A DNA stretch of 43,393 nucleotides. Source: an uncultured Eubacteriales bacterium (GTDB lineage: Bacteria > Acidobacteriota > Aminicenantia > Aminicenantales > Aminicenantaceae). The notes below the pieces were generated by a model. The model searched no databases. It had not been told where the DNA came from and saw only the letters and a list, made by a program, of their open reading frames with translations. Numbering within the stretch: the stretch's first letter is position 1; each line of letters begins with the position of its first letter. Below, one piece after another: positions 41,581 to 43,393 of the stretch. The stretch is from positions 1 to 43,393 of the forward strand of contig CAZSGR010000002.1 of the NCBI GenBank assembly GCA_964606185.1, given 5' to 3'. Both the position numbers and the translations under genes were made by a program.

Positions 41581-43393
41581 ATGAGACTAAAAGCGATATT
41601 CAACGTCATGTATTTGGGAGTGATAGCCGGATTTTTTTACGGATTTATTACCTCAATTATTCATATTCACTCTCATCTTTATCTTTCGCAAAAGATGTAC
41701 AGACTGGCCCTTTATTCCTCTGTATCGCATCTCAACAAGGGAATTCTGTACGGATTGCTCCTATTTGCAGCAATCCTTGTTTTAAGCTTAACGGGAAGTT
41801 TTTTCTTTAAAGATATCCTGGCTTCTTTATTTGAATTCAAAATCACAAAGAAGAAAATGCTCATGCCTCTTTTTAAAAAAATCCTCTTTATCCTGATCAT
41901 TGCCTGGGCGCTCTATGTTTTTCTGAAATCCATTCTGACATCTGTTGAATTTTCTTTTATCTTACAAGGTTTTCTTATCGAAATTGGAGGCATTCTTTTT
42001 TATCTATTTGTTTCTAAAATCAAATTTGCCCAGGTGAAAAGCTTCTTGGCCGTATTCTCAGAAGGATTCCGCCGGAAAACGGCTATTGCCTTTTTAGCTC
42101 TTTCGGTTGCCTGCAACATTCTATCCACAGCTCAAAGTCTTGTGGCCGTTCCGGACCAAACGAATGTGCTTCTGATCCTTCCAGATACATTAAGGGCTGA
42201 TCATCTTAGCTGTTATGGCTACCACAGACAAACATCTCCGAATATCGACAGATTTGCGGAAGAATGCGTGATGTTCGAAAAAGCTCTCAGCTCTTCACCC
42301 TGGACGAAAACGTCCGTAGGGTCCATCTTGACATCGCTTTACCCGCACGAACACGGCGCGTTTAAATGGGCCGATAATCTGAGAAATACGAACCTGACTC
42401 TGAGTGAAATCTTCAGAAATAAAAACTATAAAACTTTTTCCGCCCAGGCCAATCCAACCATCACTTCCCGATATGGTTTTCATCAGGGATTTCAAGTGTA
42501 TAAAGAAATGATAAAAGATCTTGCTGAAAACCTCACAGATGAATTCGTTAATTGGCTTAATAGGAAAAAAAGGAGACCTTTTTTTGCCTATCTCCATTTT
42601 ATGGATACCCATTATCCTTACCATGTCCCTGAAGATTATATGCGTACCTTTGCCAGTGAAGGCCAATCCAATCTCAACCTGGATAAATTGATATCTCAGG
42701 ATATTCGATTATTGACCGAAATGGGAATGCCTCAGAGTGATAAGGATTACATCGTGAATCTCTATGACGATTCAATCACATATTTCGATATTCATTTCGG
42801 GCGGATCCTTGAAGCTCTTAAAACCAACCATGTGCTGGAGAACACGATTATCATTCTGTTATCGGATCATGGAGAGGAATTCTGGAGGCACGGGAGTTAC
42901 GGCCACGGTCATACACTTTACAACGAACTCCTTCACGTTCCCCTAATGATCAGATGCCCTTCGATTCTTCCGGCTAAAAAGGTTTCTTATCCCGTTCAAT
43001 TGATCGATCTCTACCCAACCATACTCAGTCTTACTCGTATCGACTTCGATCACGAAATAAGGGGAAAAGACTGGGTTCCAGCCATCCTGAATGATCGAGA
43101 AGCAAAGAGAGTCATTTACTTTGAAGGTCTTCTTCGGGGAGGCGAGAAAAGAGGAGTGTACAAAGATGGGTGGAAGTTAATCCAGAACACCACCGAAAGA
43201 TACAACAGCACCTTTTTTGAGCTTCTCGGGAAATTCACAAAATTTAAGTATCCGGAACTTGAAAATGAGTATGAGATTTATGATATCCGGGAGGATTTCA
43301 GTGAGATGCATGACCTGTTCAACAGCCAGACAGATATTTTCAAGGAAACCAAACGACTCCTCCAGGTATTCAAAAGGGACAACCTCCTTCTGC
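41581..43393 (+). CDS. membrane-anchored sulfatase-like (alkaline-phosphatase superfamily) protein, 3'-partial
   Basis: Frame is open from ATG 41581 to the window end, which is why it is absent from the ORF track. About 5 N-terminal TM helices. LILPDTLRADHLSCYGY, SSSPWTKTSVGSILTS, HFMDTHYPY and SDHGEEF motifs. Confidence 0.8.
   Translation, partial: MRLKAIFNVMYLGVIAGFFYGFITSIIHIHSHLYLSQKMYRLALYSSVSHLNKGILYGLLLFAAILVLSLTGSFFFKDILASLFEFKITKKKMLMPLFKKILFILIIAWALYVFLKSILTSVEFSFILQGFLIEIGGILFYLFVSKIKFAQVKSFLAVFSEGFRRKTAIAFLALSVACNILSTAQSLVAVPDQTNVLLILPDTLRADHLSCYGYHRQTSPNIDRFAEECVMFEKALSSSPWTKTSVGSILTSLYPHEHGAFKWADNLRNTNLTLSEIFRNKNYKTFSAQANPTITSRYGFHQGFQVYKEMIKDLAENLTDEFVNWLNRKKRRPFFAYLHFMDTHYPYHVPEDYMRTFASEGQSNLNLDKLISQDIRLLTEMGMPQSDKDYIVNLYDDSITYFDIHFGRILEALKTNHVLENTIIILLSDHGEEFWRHGSYGHGHTLYNELLHVPLMIRCPSILPAKKVSYPVQLIDLYPTILSLTRIDFDHEIRGKDWVPAILNDREAKRVIYFEGLLRGGEKRGVYKDGWKLIQNTTERYNSTFFELLGKFTKFKYPELENEYEIYDIREDFSEMHDLFNSQTDIFKETKRLLQVFKRDNLLL

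Noticed and set aside
1-43393. Search for mobile elements, defence systems, toxin-antitoxin pairs, tRNA/rRNA genes and prophage genes
   Set aside because: No transposase, integrase, recombinase, Cas, restriction-modification, nuclease-NTPase or phage-like ORFs were recognisable, and no tRNA-like cloverleaf was spotted by eye. The window reads as core chromosome with repeat-rich intergenic regions.

Overview
This 43.4-kb window looks like the chromosome of an uncultured diderm (Gram-negative-type) bacterium. All calls come from reading the sequence and ORF track by eye; no BLAST, HMM or folding was run.

I support about 36 protein genes and found no rRNA, tRNA, CRISPR array, transposase or integrase.

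Gene content, left to right:
- Small orphan genes (1-2.3 kb).
- A Hanks-type Ser/Thr kinase with a large extracytoplasmic helical-repeat domain.
- A long run of signal-peptide or lipobox hydrolases: AbgB-like M20, gamma-glutamyltransferase, amidohydrolase-3, MBL-fold protein, DUF711, S9 peptidase, cyanophycinase-like S51 and a tricorn-like S41 protease. These are interspersed with a 4-oxalocrotonate tautomerase, a toast-rack lipoprotein, a GGEEF diguanylate cyclase, a CDF transporter, a methyltransferase and a second Ser/Thr kinase.
- An RraA/HMG-aldolase-like gene.
- A tightly coupled amino-sugar operon: two phosphohexomutase paralogs, then nagB and nagA.
- A TAT-dependent reductive dehalogenase pair (rdhA-rdhB).
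- An SDR, gcvPA-gcvPB, a DUF3078 outer-membrane protein, and a membrane-anchored sulfatase-like protein that runs off the right edge.

Most notable observations:
1. The first phosphohexomutase paralog has lost the phosphoserine and the Mg-binding loop but keeps the ligand-binding loops, and is translationally coupled to a canonical copy. It is a candidate pseudoenzyme partner.
2. The rdhAB pair has no neighbouring regulator or corrinoid genes and sits next to an unusually palindrome-rich divergent intergenic region.
3. Two families of intergenic palindromic repeats each occur at several loci. Family A is a 28-35 nt GTCATTGC...GGCAATCTC unit in two tandem, orientation-switching arrays. Family B is an AAAAAGGGGACAGGC/GCCTGTCCCCTTTTT hairpin at three loci.
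4. Several gene relics and non-canonical active sites: a DUF72 relic, an out-of-frame kinase C-terminal remnant, an SDR with YxxxM, and a sulfatase fold with SxPxT.

I did not recognise a defence system or mobile element.
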